Assembly: GCA_002421785.1 (NCBI GenBank)
Contig: DIRZ01000003.1
Span: forward strand, 90,001 to 122,000
DNA: 32,000 nt
Direction of reading: 5' to 3'
DNA from: Candidatus Saccharimonadota bacterium
GTDB lineage: Bacteria; Patescibacteriota; Saccharimonadia; Saccharimonadales; Saccharimonadaceae
Shown: positions 16,866 through 24,741 of the stretch, in pieces
Position numbering within the stretch: position 1 is the stretch's first letter
Layout: every line of letters begins with the position of its first letter
Position numbers and translations under genes: made by a program
The notes under the pieces: model-generated
What the model saw: the letters and a program-made list of their open reading frames with translations, nothing else
Told to the model about the DNA's origin: nothing
The model's database searches: none

Positions 16866-17603
16866 TCAGGCGGCTGTTCTGCTATCTATCTCACGTGTCG
16901 GAAAATGCGTCGTTAAATCCGTCATCTGATAGTGCATGATCGGCTGGAGCCACCTGGCAACATCGGTGGCACTATCAAGATCACCCGTATACTCAAGCCT
17001 TAGTGCCTCAAGCGCATGCATCCCAACAACTGCTCTTGTCGACTTTCGGTACGCTCGTCTTAATCGCGCTTCGTCATGCCGATCGGTTATCTCCACAAGT
17101 CGCTCTGCATCGCGTGCAAGTCGCGTCAGCGCTCGATACCCTCTCACGTAACGCTCCATTGGCTCAATACGAGGTACAGTTGTTTCATGGGTGACTTCGT
17201 GGTGTAGGTGGTGAAGCTGTGGTGGTAATATCACCATCTGTGTCCTGAGCTCACGAAATACGAGGGGGATATGAGCGAGCGCCCCCGCATGTTCAAAGTG
17301 GGCGGGATCGTACGCATCCCGTGGCCAATGGACATGATGTCGGTTTGGTGTCGCAGGGTGATTTGATCGTGTCGTCACCACTGGCCATTCGTAGGAATCA
17401 TCGATGAAGCGTTCGACTACCTTTTCCGCAGTCTGACGCGCGAGAACAAACCCCCGGTCATCCGTCACAGGGGCAATACGTCGAAGATGACGTGGATTTA
17501 TTTTCCATACATCAAGTGGAGGCAGATGACCCTCCGGTCCAAACTGACGACTATGCATGTATGTATCGTAACGGATTGTCATCGAATTCGCTACAAAAAA
17601 CAT
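16866..17603 (-). CDS. Hypothetical His-rich protein A (245 aa, or 238 aa from Met8) of the rpsG-fusA cassette
   Basis: ORF on the same strand, 47 nt downstream of rpsG. It contains NRHHVHWPRDAY...FEH...AHIP...PPQLHHLHHEVTHE, which includes an HExxH string. The protein is basic and Arg-rich, unlike B, C and D. The start is ambiguous (ATG 17603 or ATG 17582). Confidence 0.7.
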   Translation of the reverse strand: MFFVANSMTIRYDTYMHSRQFGPEGHLPPLDVWKINPRHLRRIAPVTDDRGFVLARQTAEKVVERFIDDSYEWPVVTTRSNHPATPNRHHVHWPRDAYDPAHFEHAGALAHIPLVFRELRTQMVILPPQLHHLHHEVTHETTVPRIEPMERYVRGYRALTRLARDAERLVEITDRHDEARLRRAYRKSTRAVVGMHALEALRLEYTGDLDSATDVARWLQPIMHYQMTDLTTHFPTREIDSRTAA

Positions 17604-17650
17604 ATCGCCTGCAATTATGCGGGCGATATGTCATGGACGCGGATAGAGAA

Positions 17651-18130
17651 TTAGCCGCGGGCGAAGTGAGCAAACGCGCGGTTGGCTTCTGCCATTTTGT
17701 GGGTATCTTCTTTCTTTTTGAAAGCAGCCCCGGTTTCGTTGTAGGCGTCAACAATTTCAAGCGCAAGGCGTTTTTCATAAGGAATTCCGCTACGGTTTCG
17801 TGCGCTCTGAACGAGCCAGCTAAATGCGTAGTGAAGTTGGCGATGACCGGCAACTGGGAACGGAATCTGGTAGTTTGCGCCACCAACACGACGAGACTTA
17901 ACCTCGAAGTTTGGCGATACATTCCTGAGTGCTTTTTCGAAGACTTCGAGAGGCTCTTCGCTCTTGAGCGTTTTTGCTGCCTGCTCAAGTGCGCTATAGA
18001 CGGCACGCTCTGCAACAAGTTTCTTACCATCAAGCATGCTCTTGTTGATCAAACGCTGCACAAGAACGCTCTGGTACTTGCGATCGGGCTTAATGTTTCG
18101 TTGTAATTTCTTGGTAACTTTCCTAGGCAT
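17651..18130 (-). CDS. rpsG: 30S ribosomal protein S7
   Basis: 159 aa, MPRK...DRKYQSVLVQRLINKSMLDGKK...ANYQIP, typical of uS7. It starts 2 nt after the rpsL stop. Confidence 0.98.
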   Translation of the reverse strand: MPRKVTKKLQRNIKPDRKYQSVLVQRLINKSMLDGKKLVAERAVYSALEQAAKTLKSEEPLEVFEKALRNVSPNFEVKSRRVGGANYQIPFPVAGHRQLHYAFSWLVQSARNRSGIPYEKRLALEIVDAYNETGAAFKKKEDTHKMAEANRAFAHFARG

Positions 18131-18132
18131 GA

Positions 18133-18546
18133 TTATTTATCCGCTTTCTTGGCGCCGTACTTCGAGCGGCCCTGCTGACGTTTTGCAACACCCTGGAGGT
18201 CAAGTGCACCACGAACAATGTGGTAGCGTACACCTGGAAGGTCTGGAACACGACCACCACGAACAAGCACAACTGCGTGCTCCTGGAGGTTATGGCCTTC
18301 GCCACCGATGTATGCCCAGACTTCGTGACCATTGGTCAAACGAACTCGAGCAACCTTGCGGAGAGCTGAGTTAGGTTTCTTTGGGGTCTTGGTCGTTACT
18401 TTTACACAGACACCGCGCTTTAGGGGCGCATCCTGATCGTAGTAACGAACCTTCAGTGCGTTGTGAATACGGCCAAGCGCTGGAGACTTGCTCTTCTTGT
18501 TCGCAGTCTGGCGTGGCTTACGCACTAATTGGTTGATTGTTGGCAT
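18133..18546 (-). CDS. rpsL: 30S ribosomal protein S12
   Basis: 137 aa, [12 protein letters not shown]...[71 protein letters not shown] upstream. Confidence 0.98.
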   Translation of the reverse strand: MPTINQLVRKPRQTANKKSKSPALGRIHNALKVRYYDQDAPLKRGVCVKVTTKTPKKPNSALRKVARVRLTNGHEVWAYIGGEGHNLQEHAVVLVRGGRVPDLPGVRYHIVRGALDLQGVAKRQQGRSKYGAKKADK

Positions 18547-18793
18547 CTAACATCCTTAGATTACATTGATAATGGTAACTCGCTTGTGGAGTTACGTTTA
18601 CGACGCTGGTCTCAGCATGACCACTGTCGTCTCTATGTTTTGGTTCTGTATGTAGCGTGTACACGTTCACTTCCGCCATATACGTCCAAAATAGGAAACT
18701 CATCGACTATAGTAACAAATTTTACACCTTTTGTCTAGAGCGCTTGCTCTTTATAGCATGAGCGACATACAATAGGGTTAATAAGGAGAATCT

Positions 18794-19813
18794 ATGGACA
18801 ACCAACCAACTACTACAGACTCTGGTAATCATACCTCAAATAACCCGAATACTGGCTCGCCAACAGTGATCACAGCCAGTCCAGGCGGTGATGAGTCACG
18901 CACGTCGGCCGCCCTCGTCGCCGAAAAGAAAAAGCGGCGTTCGCGACCACTGCTCGTAGTACTCCTTGCGCTGCTCATCGCGGTGCTTGGGGGGGTTGCT
19001 ACAATGGCAGTATATACGTTGTATTTTGATACTTCTCATGTAAAGCAGACGTCTCAACCCTCTCAGGTAATAGCCGAGCGAGGACTCTCCGCTTCGGACG
19101 TAATTAGTAGCCTACAGCAAAACATGACTGGCACCACTGTGCCCGAAAGAGCACCTAATCCACCCGCTGTGAAAATTGCGGGGAAGGCATTCTATACACA
19201 ACTTCAGGCAGCGAACAACCTCGTTGCCAGTCGATCCGAAACAGTTACCAGTGCGCAAGCAGATGTCGAGCGCGTGAATCTACTTAAGCTGCTAAAGGAC
19301 CAGGGCTTTGAGGAGAAGAAGATTGCCCCGGACGATACAGAGGTTATCTACCTAGGCGAACTGACCCACAAAGACGTCGTATGCACTTTACAGCAGACTC
19401 GAACGTTAAACAATTCTGCCGCAGATCACCTTATTAGTGTGGCTTGCGCCAATATGATTGACTATACAAAACTCGCAGGTGTGCAGCAGCCTTTCATGAC
19501 CGCTTTTGGAACCGGTGGCTCGGTCTCTATACAGCAAATCACTGCGATAGGAGCACCGACAATTGTCGCATCGTCGACGAAGGGGTATCAAACAGCTGAG
19601 TTACCGCTGATGGGCTATGCTGACGATGGAATGCCCGCCTCGAACGGCTCTATGGCGTTATTTTATCAAACACCCGACCAAACGTGGCACTTCTTCAAGG
19701 CCGCACAAAGTATCGTGCCATGCAGCGAGTACAACTCGGTAGACCTCAAAAAGGCGTACTCGGGCGGTCGCTGTATGGCGCCGAATAATCAAGAGCTTAA
19801 GGTGTCGTTATAA
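18794..19813 (+). CDS. Membrane-anchored protein, paralog 1 (disordered N-terminus, one TM helix, about 260 aa Cys-containing ectodomain)
   Basis: AAGGAG lies 5 nt upstream of the ATG. A KKKRRSR stretch is followed by the hydrophobic segment PLLVVLLALLIAVLGGVATMAVYTLYF. It is clearly similar to the downstream gene, with 4 conserved Cys. No known family was recognised. Confidence 0.85.
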   Translation: MDNQPTTTDSGNHTSNNPNTGSPTVITASPGGDESRTSAALVAEKKKRRSRPLLVVLLALLIAVLGGVATMAVYTLYFDTSHVKQTSQPSQVIAERGLSASDVISSLQQNMTGTTVPERAPNPPAVKIAGKAFYTQLQAANNLVASRSETVTSAQADVERVNLLKLLKDQGFEEKKIAPDDTEVIYLGELTHKDVVCTLQQTRTLNNSAADHLISVACANMIDYTKLAGVQQPFMTAFGTGGSVSIQQITAIGAPTIVASSTKGYQTAELPLMGYADDGMPASNGSMALFYQTPDQTWHFFKAAQSIVPCSEYNSVDLKKAYSGGRCMAPNNQELKVSL

Positions 19814-19815
19814 TT

Positions 19816-20832
19816 ATGCAGCCACAAAATAGCACTCCGCAGCCACCGCTGGGCGAACCCGGCGCCCAGCCCGCCCCCGTCGTGCCAGCAAGCGAAGTTC
19901 ACGACTACCTTCACCCGATTATTGATCAACCAAAACGGACGTATCATCCAAAGGCCTTTCGCACGATACTTATTGTCTTAGTAGTACTTTCGCTTCTTGG
20001 AGTGGGGCTAGCGTTGCTAGCCGCTTACTTGCCTACTGTTTCTGGGCGCACCGCCAAAGAGACGAGTAATAAACCGACCACAACGCTCACAAAAGCGCTC
20101 TCTGCTTCTGAGGCTGTTGCGCGAATGAAAGAGGTATTCCCTGGGACCCTTCCCATCTCGCATAACATTTCGACGCCTGTTAAATTGGAAGGTAACGACT
20201 TCTACACCGTTGTAGCTGACGTCGCACCAGTCGCTGGCCTTGCCGATAATATAGAGTCGTCAAAGGTAATGCCGCTCATTACTAAGCTCGACACGTCGCT
20301 GACGAGCTACGGCATGACCGCCAACGTTATTTCGGACGGAACAGGTGCGGCGAGCTACCAGGCTGATTATTCCCACCCAGACGTACTGTGCCAGATCACT
20401 ACCACAAGAAGCGCTGACTCAAATGCCCCACAGCTGCTTGAGGCGAAATGTCTTGATATTGAAGCCTACCTAGAGGTTGCTTCGACGCAACGACCATTCT
20501 ACAACGTCTATAGCCCCGCCCAAGCGACCAGTAGTGAAGTTGCATTCACCGGAAAGCCCGAAGTGAAAGCAAGTGCTACACCGGGCTATCAGCTCGCTGA
20601 GCTGCCCGTCAGTAGCATTGCTAATGGCCAGATCGTCTCTGCGAGCGTCCGGGCGATGTTCTACCAACCGCCCAGTGGAATCTGGTACTACTTCAAGGAT
20701 CGTGCTCAAAAACTTATCGAATGCGAGCAGTATAATACAGATGTCCTCAAAAACGCGTATGTTGGCCAGCCATGCCGTAGCCTCTCGAAAGACATCGATA
20801 CGACTGTTCCAGCAGTAAAAAAGAAGTCTTAG
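19816..20832 (+). CDS. Membrane-anchored protein, paralog 2
   Basis: It starts 2 nt after the paralog 1 stop. TM segment ILIVLVVLSLLGVGLALLAAYL. Blocks alignable with paralog 1: LSAS.., H.DV.C....TR, GYQ.AELP, FYQ.P...W..FK, .CE.YN...LK.AY.G..C. Confidence 0.85.
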   Translation: MQPQNSTPQPPLGEPGAQPAPVVPASEVHDYLHPIIDQPKRTYHPKAFRTILIVLVVLSLLGVGLALLAAYLPTVSGRTAKETSNKPTTTLTKALSASEAVARMKEVFPGTLPISHNISTPVKLEGNDFYTVVADVAPVAGLADNIESSKVMPLITKLDTSLTSYGMTANVISDGTGAASYQADYSHPDVLCQITTTRSADSNAPQLLEAKCLDIEAYLEVASTQRPFYNVYSPAQATSSEVAFTGKPEVKASATPGYQLAELPVSSIANGQIVSASVRAMFYQPPSGIWYYFKDRAQKLIECEQYNTDVLKNAYVGQPCRSLSKDIDTTVPAVKKKS

Positions 20833-20847
20833 CGAATAAAATTAAAT

Positions 20848-20875
20848 AAAATACCCCGCGCTCGCGGGGTATTTT
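20848..20875. terminator. Bidirectional intrinsic terminator: 28 nt perfect palindrome
   Basis: AAAATACCCCGCG-ct-CGCGGGGTATTTT lies between the convergent paralog 2 (ends 20832) and rpoC (ends 20889). A GC-rich stem is flanked by A and T runs on both sides. Confidence 0.9.
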
Positions 20876-20888
20876 ATTAGCCAGTTTC

Positions 20889-23800
20889 TTACGACTCTAG
20901 ATCGACGTCCGCAGAGATACTCTCTACTTCGTCAACGATTTCTTCGTAGTCATCGTCGACAAGTTGCGCACCACGAGCACCTGTTCCAACAGGAATCTTG
21001 CGCCCAATGATAACGTTCTCTTTTAGCCCATGCAGGCGATCGGCGCGACCACTAGTAGCCGCATTGATTAGTACGCGGGTTGTGTCCTGGAATGATGCAG
21101 CGGATAGCCAACTATCACTCCAGATTGATACCTTTGTAATACCGAGAAGTAGCTGAGTATACTGCGCCGGGGTCTTGCCTTCGAGCGCAAGTGCCTTGTT
21201 GGCATCAACGACACTTGCCTTGCTGACAATATCACCCATCACAAATGCGCTGTCGCCTGGGTCTTCGACCTGAACGCGACTAAACATTTGGCGGACGATG
21301 ATCTCAAGGTGCTTATCTGCTACATCTTGACCCTGTGCCGCGTAGATACGCAGTACTTCGTTCACGATGTAGCGCTGAGTTGCCTCAGTGCCCTTCAGGC
21401 GCATCAAGTCGTGCAGGTTGAGTGAACCGGCGGTCAAGCGGTCACCCGCCTCGACGACATCACCTTTCTTCACGACAAGTTGCATGTTGCCAGGTACCTC
21501 GTAACGTACTGGTGCGCTCGCATTCGCAGCGATAACAATCGTATCTTCCGCAATCTCGACTATTCCATCAAATGGAGCGACGAGTGGATGAGCCTCGCCG
21601 TCAGCTGTCGCGAGGACATCACCGACTTTTACGTTTGAGCCAGCCTTGATGGTGACTGTTCGGCCTTCAAGCGGCATTCGCTCAACGTGTCCTGCCTCAG
21701 GAGTCACTTGAACGATGTACTTTTTGCCGTCTTCCCATAGGTCAACAAGTCCAGTTGCTTCGGTCATATATGCTTGACCCTTAGGGTTGCGCGCTTCGAA
21801 GAGCTCTTCAACGCGAGGCAGACCCTGGGTAATGTCAGAACCACCGACGCCAGAACTGTGGAAGGTGTTCAGCGTTAGCTGCGTACCAGGCTCACCAACA
21901 GACTGCGCTGCGATAACACCAACCGGCTGCGCAACGTCGATCAGTTCGTTCGTCGCCATGTCGAGACCATAACTCTTCTGAGGAATACCGTTGAGGTTGT
22001 TCGTTGAAAGAACTGACTGGATTTTTACTTCTGCAATCGCTGCATCCGCTTCGATTGCATTAGCAATCTCACGAGTAATGAGCTGGTCTTTCTCGGCGTG
22101 CCCTGGGACTGCTTCTGCAGTATATCGACCGTACAGTCGGTTCCCGAAGTCAATCATGGTCAGTTCAGATTCGCTACGGTAAATCGTGAATCCTTCGTCG
22201 TCACCTTCTGCGTCTTCAACGGTAAACACGTCCTGGCTCACGTCAACAAGTCGCCTCGTCAGGTATCCAGAGTCGGCGGTCTTGAGTGCGGTGTCAATCA
22301 GACCCTTGCGCGCACCACGAGTCGCCACGAAGGCCTCGAGGCTCGAAAGACCCTTCTTGAAGTTGCTTCGCACAGGCAGCTCGATTTCGCGGTTTGTGGC
22401 GTCCACCTGGATACCGATCATCGCGCTCGCAAGCTTCACGTTGGTAATGTTACCACGTGCGCCGGAGTTAACCATAGTAGAGATACTGGTGTCCATCTTG
22501 GCAAGCTCGCCACGCAGGAAGTCTTCAATCTTACGGTCAACACCACGCCAGTTGGCAACGGTAAGGTTATAGCGTTCATCGTCAGTGATGAGACCTTGGT
22601 CGTACTGCTCCGAAATTGTCGCAGTTTTGTCGTCACCTTCAGCGATGAATTCACCGATCTCATCGAATGTCAGGTAATCTTGCATACCTGTTGATACTGC
22701 AGATACGGTCGCAAAGCGGAACGCGAGTCCCTTCATGCGGTCAGCTGTCTTCGCAGTTTCTTCTGCACCATACTGGTCAAAAATTTGAGCCAAGACTTTT
22801 TTCAGTTCTTTTTTATTCTGAATATTGTCGTTGTATGGGAAATCCTCAGGAAGAATCTCGTTGAAGAAGACGCGACCAAGCGTTGTGGTACGGATAGCAC
22901 CCTTTGCACGAATACGAATTGGGCTTTGGAGCTGCAATTGCTGCATGTCGTAGGCTAGCTCAGCGTCGCGACTGTTAGCGAACACTGCAACCTTCTCGGT
23001 CTGTGCGCTTGGCTTGTTGTATGTCAGGTAGTAGTTACCGAGCACAATGTCCTGGTTGATGTTGAGCACTGGGCTACCATCAGCAGGTTTCAGCAAGTTG
23101 TTGACTGCGCTCATCAGATCACGAGCTTCAGCCTGTGCTTCCTTGCTGAGGGGCAAGTGAACAGCCATCTGGTCACCGTCGTAGTCGGCGTTGAATCCGG
23201 AAGCGACGAGTGGATGTAGTTGAATTGCCTTACCTTCAACAAGCTTTGGCATGAAGGCTTGGATGCTGAGGCGGTGAAGTGACGGCGCGCGGTTGAGCAG
23301 CACATACTTTCCCTCGATTACGGCATCAAGTGCATCCCATACTACCGCGTCTCCAGCTTCAATAAGTCGAGTCGCTGAACGGATATTGTGGGCGTGTTCG
23401 CCGCGGATGAGCCAGCTAATAACAAACGGTTTAAACAATTCGAGCGCCATTTGCTTAGGCAGACCGCACTGATTAATCTTCAGCTTAGGGCCAACCACAA
23501 TGACTGAACGTCCAGAATAGTCCACGCGCTTACCAAGCAAGTTCTGGCGGAATCGCCCCTGCTTACCCTTCAGCATATCGCTGATAGATTTCAGGCGTCG
23601 ACGGCCACCAGTTGCGTTGACGGCACGGCCACCGCGGGCAGCAGAGTTGTCAATAAGGCTGTCGACAGCTTCCTGAAGCATGCGCATTTCGTTGCGGCGG
23701 ATAACTTCAGGAGCATTAAGGTCAATAAGCTTTTTCAGACGGTTATTGCGGTTAATGACGCGTCGGTAAAGGTCGTTCAAGTCGCTGGTTGCGAATCGGC

Positions 23801-24740
23801 CACCAGTGAGCTGCACCATTGGACGAAGGTCCGGTGGGATCACAGGCAGAACGGTAAGCGTCAAGCTTCCTGGCTTGATACCAGCTGCTTGCATACCTTC
23901 GAGTACTTTCAGGCGCTTCAGGAGTTTCTTCTCGCGCTGGCCCTTGGCGCCTTCGACTTCAACTTGAAGTTCGGCAATAAGGGTAGGTAGATCAACTTCG
24001 TCAAGCAGCGCTTTTAGTGCGGTGCCACCCATACCAACGTTCACCAGCTCTTCGTACTCTTCAGGAAGGTTACGGAAATCGGTTTCGTTAATGAGCGCAC
24101 CCTTCACGAGGCTCTGCAGCTGAGTTTTCTTCAAGGTGTATGAGCTGTCGAGTTCTTCGATTTCTCGTGACTGCTCTTCAGCGAGCTTTTTAACATCAGC
24201 ATTTTCTACGCTAGCTTCACGCTCAAATCGCATTTTGATTGCGATGCGTCCTGCATCAGTTTCAGCTTCGAGGTCCGCGAGCATTTGATCGCGCTTCTCA
24301 GCCTCAACATCAAGGATGACATACGTTGCAAAGTAAGCAATGCGCTCAAGATTACGAACCGTAATGCCGAGCAACAAGCTCATTGCGCTTGGCGTACCGC
24401 GCATAAACCAAATGTGCGCGACTGGAGCTGCCAGGGTAATGTGAGCCATGCGCTCGCGACGAACGATAGCTTTTGTAACGAGCTCACCGTTTTTGTCGAC
24501 AGCAGCTTCGCGGCTACGAACACCCTTCAGTTTGTTATCGTGTGGGTTAATGTCTTTGACTGGACCGAAAATTCGCTCACAGAACAACCCATCACGTTCA
24601 GGTTTTTGGGTACGATAGTTAATCGTCTCTGGTTTTGTAACTTCACCGTAGCTCCACTTCAGAATATCTTCGGGGCTAGCAACAGCGAGGCGTACCGCGT
24701 CGAAATCAGCGATACCACTATTGGCGATAACTCGTGACAT
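20889..24740 (-). CDS. rpoC: DNA-directed RNA polymerase subunit beta'
   Basis: 1283 aa with NADYDGDQMAVH (the catalytic NADFDGD motif) and conserved beta' blocks throughout. It starts 1 nt after the rpoB stop. Confidence 0.99.
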   Translation of the reverse strand: MSRVIANSGIADFDAVRLAVASPEDILKWSYGEVTKPETINYRTQKPERDGLFCERIFGPVKDINPHDNKLKGVRSREAAVDKNGELVTKAIVRRERMAHITLAAPVAHIWFMRGTPSAMSLLLGITVRNLERIAYFATYVILDVEAEKRDQMLADLEAETDAGRIAIKMRFEREASVENADVKKLAEEQSREIEELDSSYTLKKTQLQSLVKGALINETDFRNLPEEYEELVNVGMGGTALKALLDEVDLPTLIAELQVEVEGAKGQREKKLLKRLKVLEGMQAAGIKPGSLTLTVLPVIPPDLRPMVQLTGGRFATSDLNDLYRRVINRNNRLKKLIDLNAPEVIRRNEMRMLQEAVDSLIDNSAARGGRAVNATGGRRRLKSISDMLKGKQGRFRQNLLGKRVDYSGRSVIVVGPKLKINQCGLPKQMALELFKPFVISWLIRGEHAHNIRSATRLIEAGDAVVWDALDAVIEGKYVLLNRAPSLHRLSIQAFMPKLVEGKAIQLHPLVASGFNADYDGDQMAVHLPLSKEAQAEARDLMSAVNNLLKPADGSPVLNINQDIVLGNYYLTYNKPSAQTEKVAVFANSRDAELAYDMQQLQLQSPIRIRAKGAIRTTTLGRVFFNEILPEDFPYNDNIQNKKELKKVLAQIFDQYGAEETAKTADRMKGLAFRFATVSAVSTGMQDYLTFDEIGEFIAEGDDKTATISEQYDQGLITDDERYNLTVANWRGVDRKIEDFLRGELAKMDTSISTMVNSGARGNITNVKLASAMIGIQVDATNREIELPVRSNFKKGLSSLEAFVATRGARKGLIDTALKTADSGYLTRRLVDVSQDVFTVEDAEGDDEGFTIYRSESELTMIDFGNRLYGRYTAEAVPGHAEKDQLITREIANAIEADAAIAEVKIQSVLSTNNLNGIPQKSYGLDMATNELIDVAQPVGVIAAQSVGEPGTQLTLNTFHSSGVGGSDITQGLPRVEELFEARNPKGQAYMTEATGLVDLWEDGKKYIVQVTPEAGHVERMPLEGRTVTIKAGSNVKVGDVLATADGEAHPLVAPFDGIVEIAEDTIVIAANASAPVRYEVPGNMQLVVKKGDVVEAGDRLTAGSLNLHDLMRLKGTEATQRYIVNEVLRIYAAQGQDVADKHLEIIVRQMFSRVQVEDPGDSAFVMGDIVSKASVVDANKALALEGKTPAQYTQLLLGITKVSIWSDSWLSAASFQDTTRVLINAATSGRADRLHGLKENVIIGRKIPVGTGARGAQLVDDDYEEIVDEVESISADVDLES

Positions 24741-24741
24741 A

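Noticed and set aside
17604-17650. Possible intrinsic terminator after rpsG. The minus strand reads CGCCCGC-ataatt-GCAGGCG followed 5 nt later by TTTTTT, which would transcriptionally isolate the cassette.
   Set aside because: The stem is only 7 positions, with a central C-A mismatch on the transcribed strand (4+2 bp). The T-run is displaced and overlaps the possible ATG TTT TTT start of gene A. This is too weak to call, and read-through from rpsG remains likely.
17492-18106. 204 aa plus-strand ORF and 160 aa minus-strand ORF (17551-18033) overlapping rpsG and the start of cassette gene A.
   Set aside because: They overlap the clearly real S7 gene in alternative frames or antisense. They have no start-site signals and their translations look like noise.
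18400-18480. Apparent insertion of about 13 aa in S12 ([18 protein letters not shown]) relative to the E. coli protein.
   Set aside because: A long version of this loop is normal in Firmicutes-type S12 sequences, so this is lineage variation rather than an anomaly.
18547-18793. The 247 nt rpsL / membrane-paralog divergent region as a possible small RNA or small ORF locus. It contains the hairpins GTAACTC-N7-GAGTTAC at 18575-18595 and AGAGC-gctt-GCTCT at 18737-18750, and tracked 61 and 69 aa ORFs.
   Set aside because: The ORFs overlap the rpsL start or have no signals. The hairpins are short and fit ordinary 5' UTR or promoter-region structure. I found no tRNA-like or known ncRNA signature. 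Promoter assignments here were too ambiguous to report as features (for example TTGTCT, 17 nt, TAGCAT).
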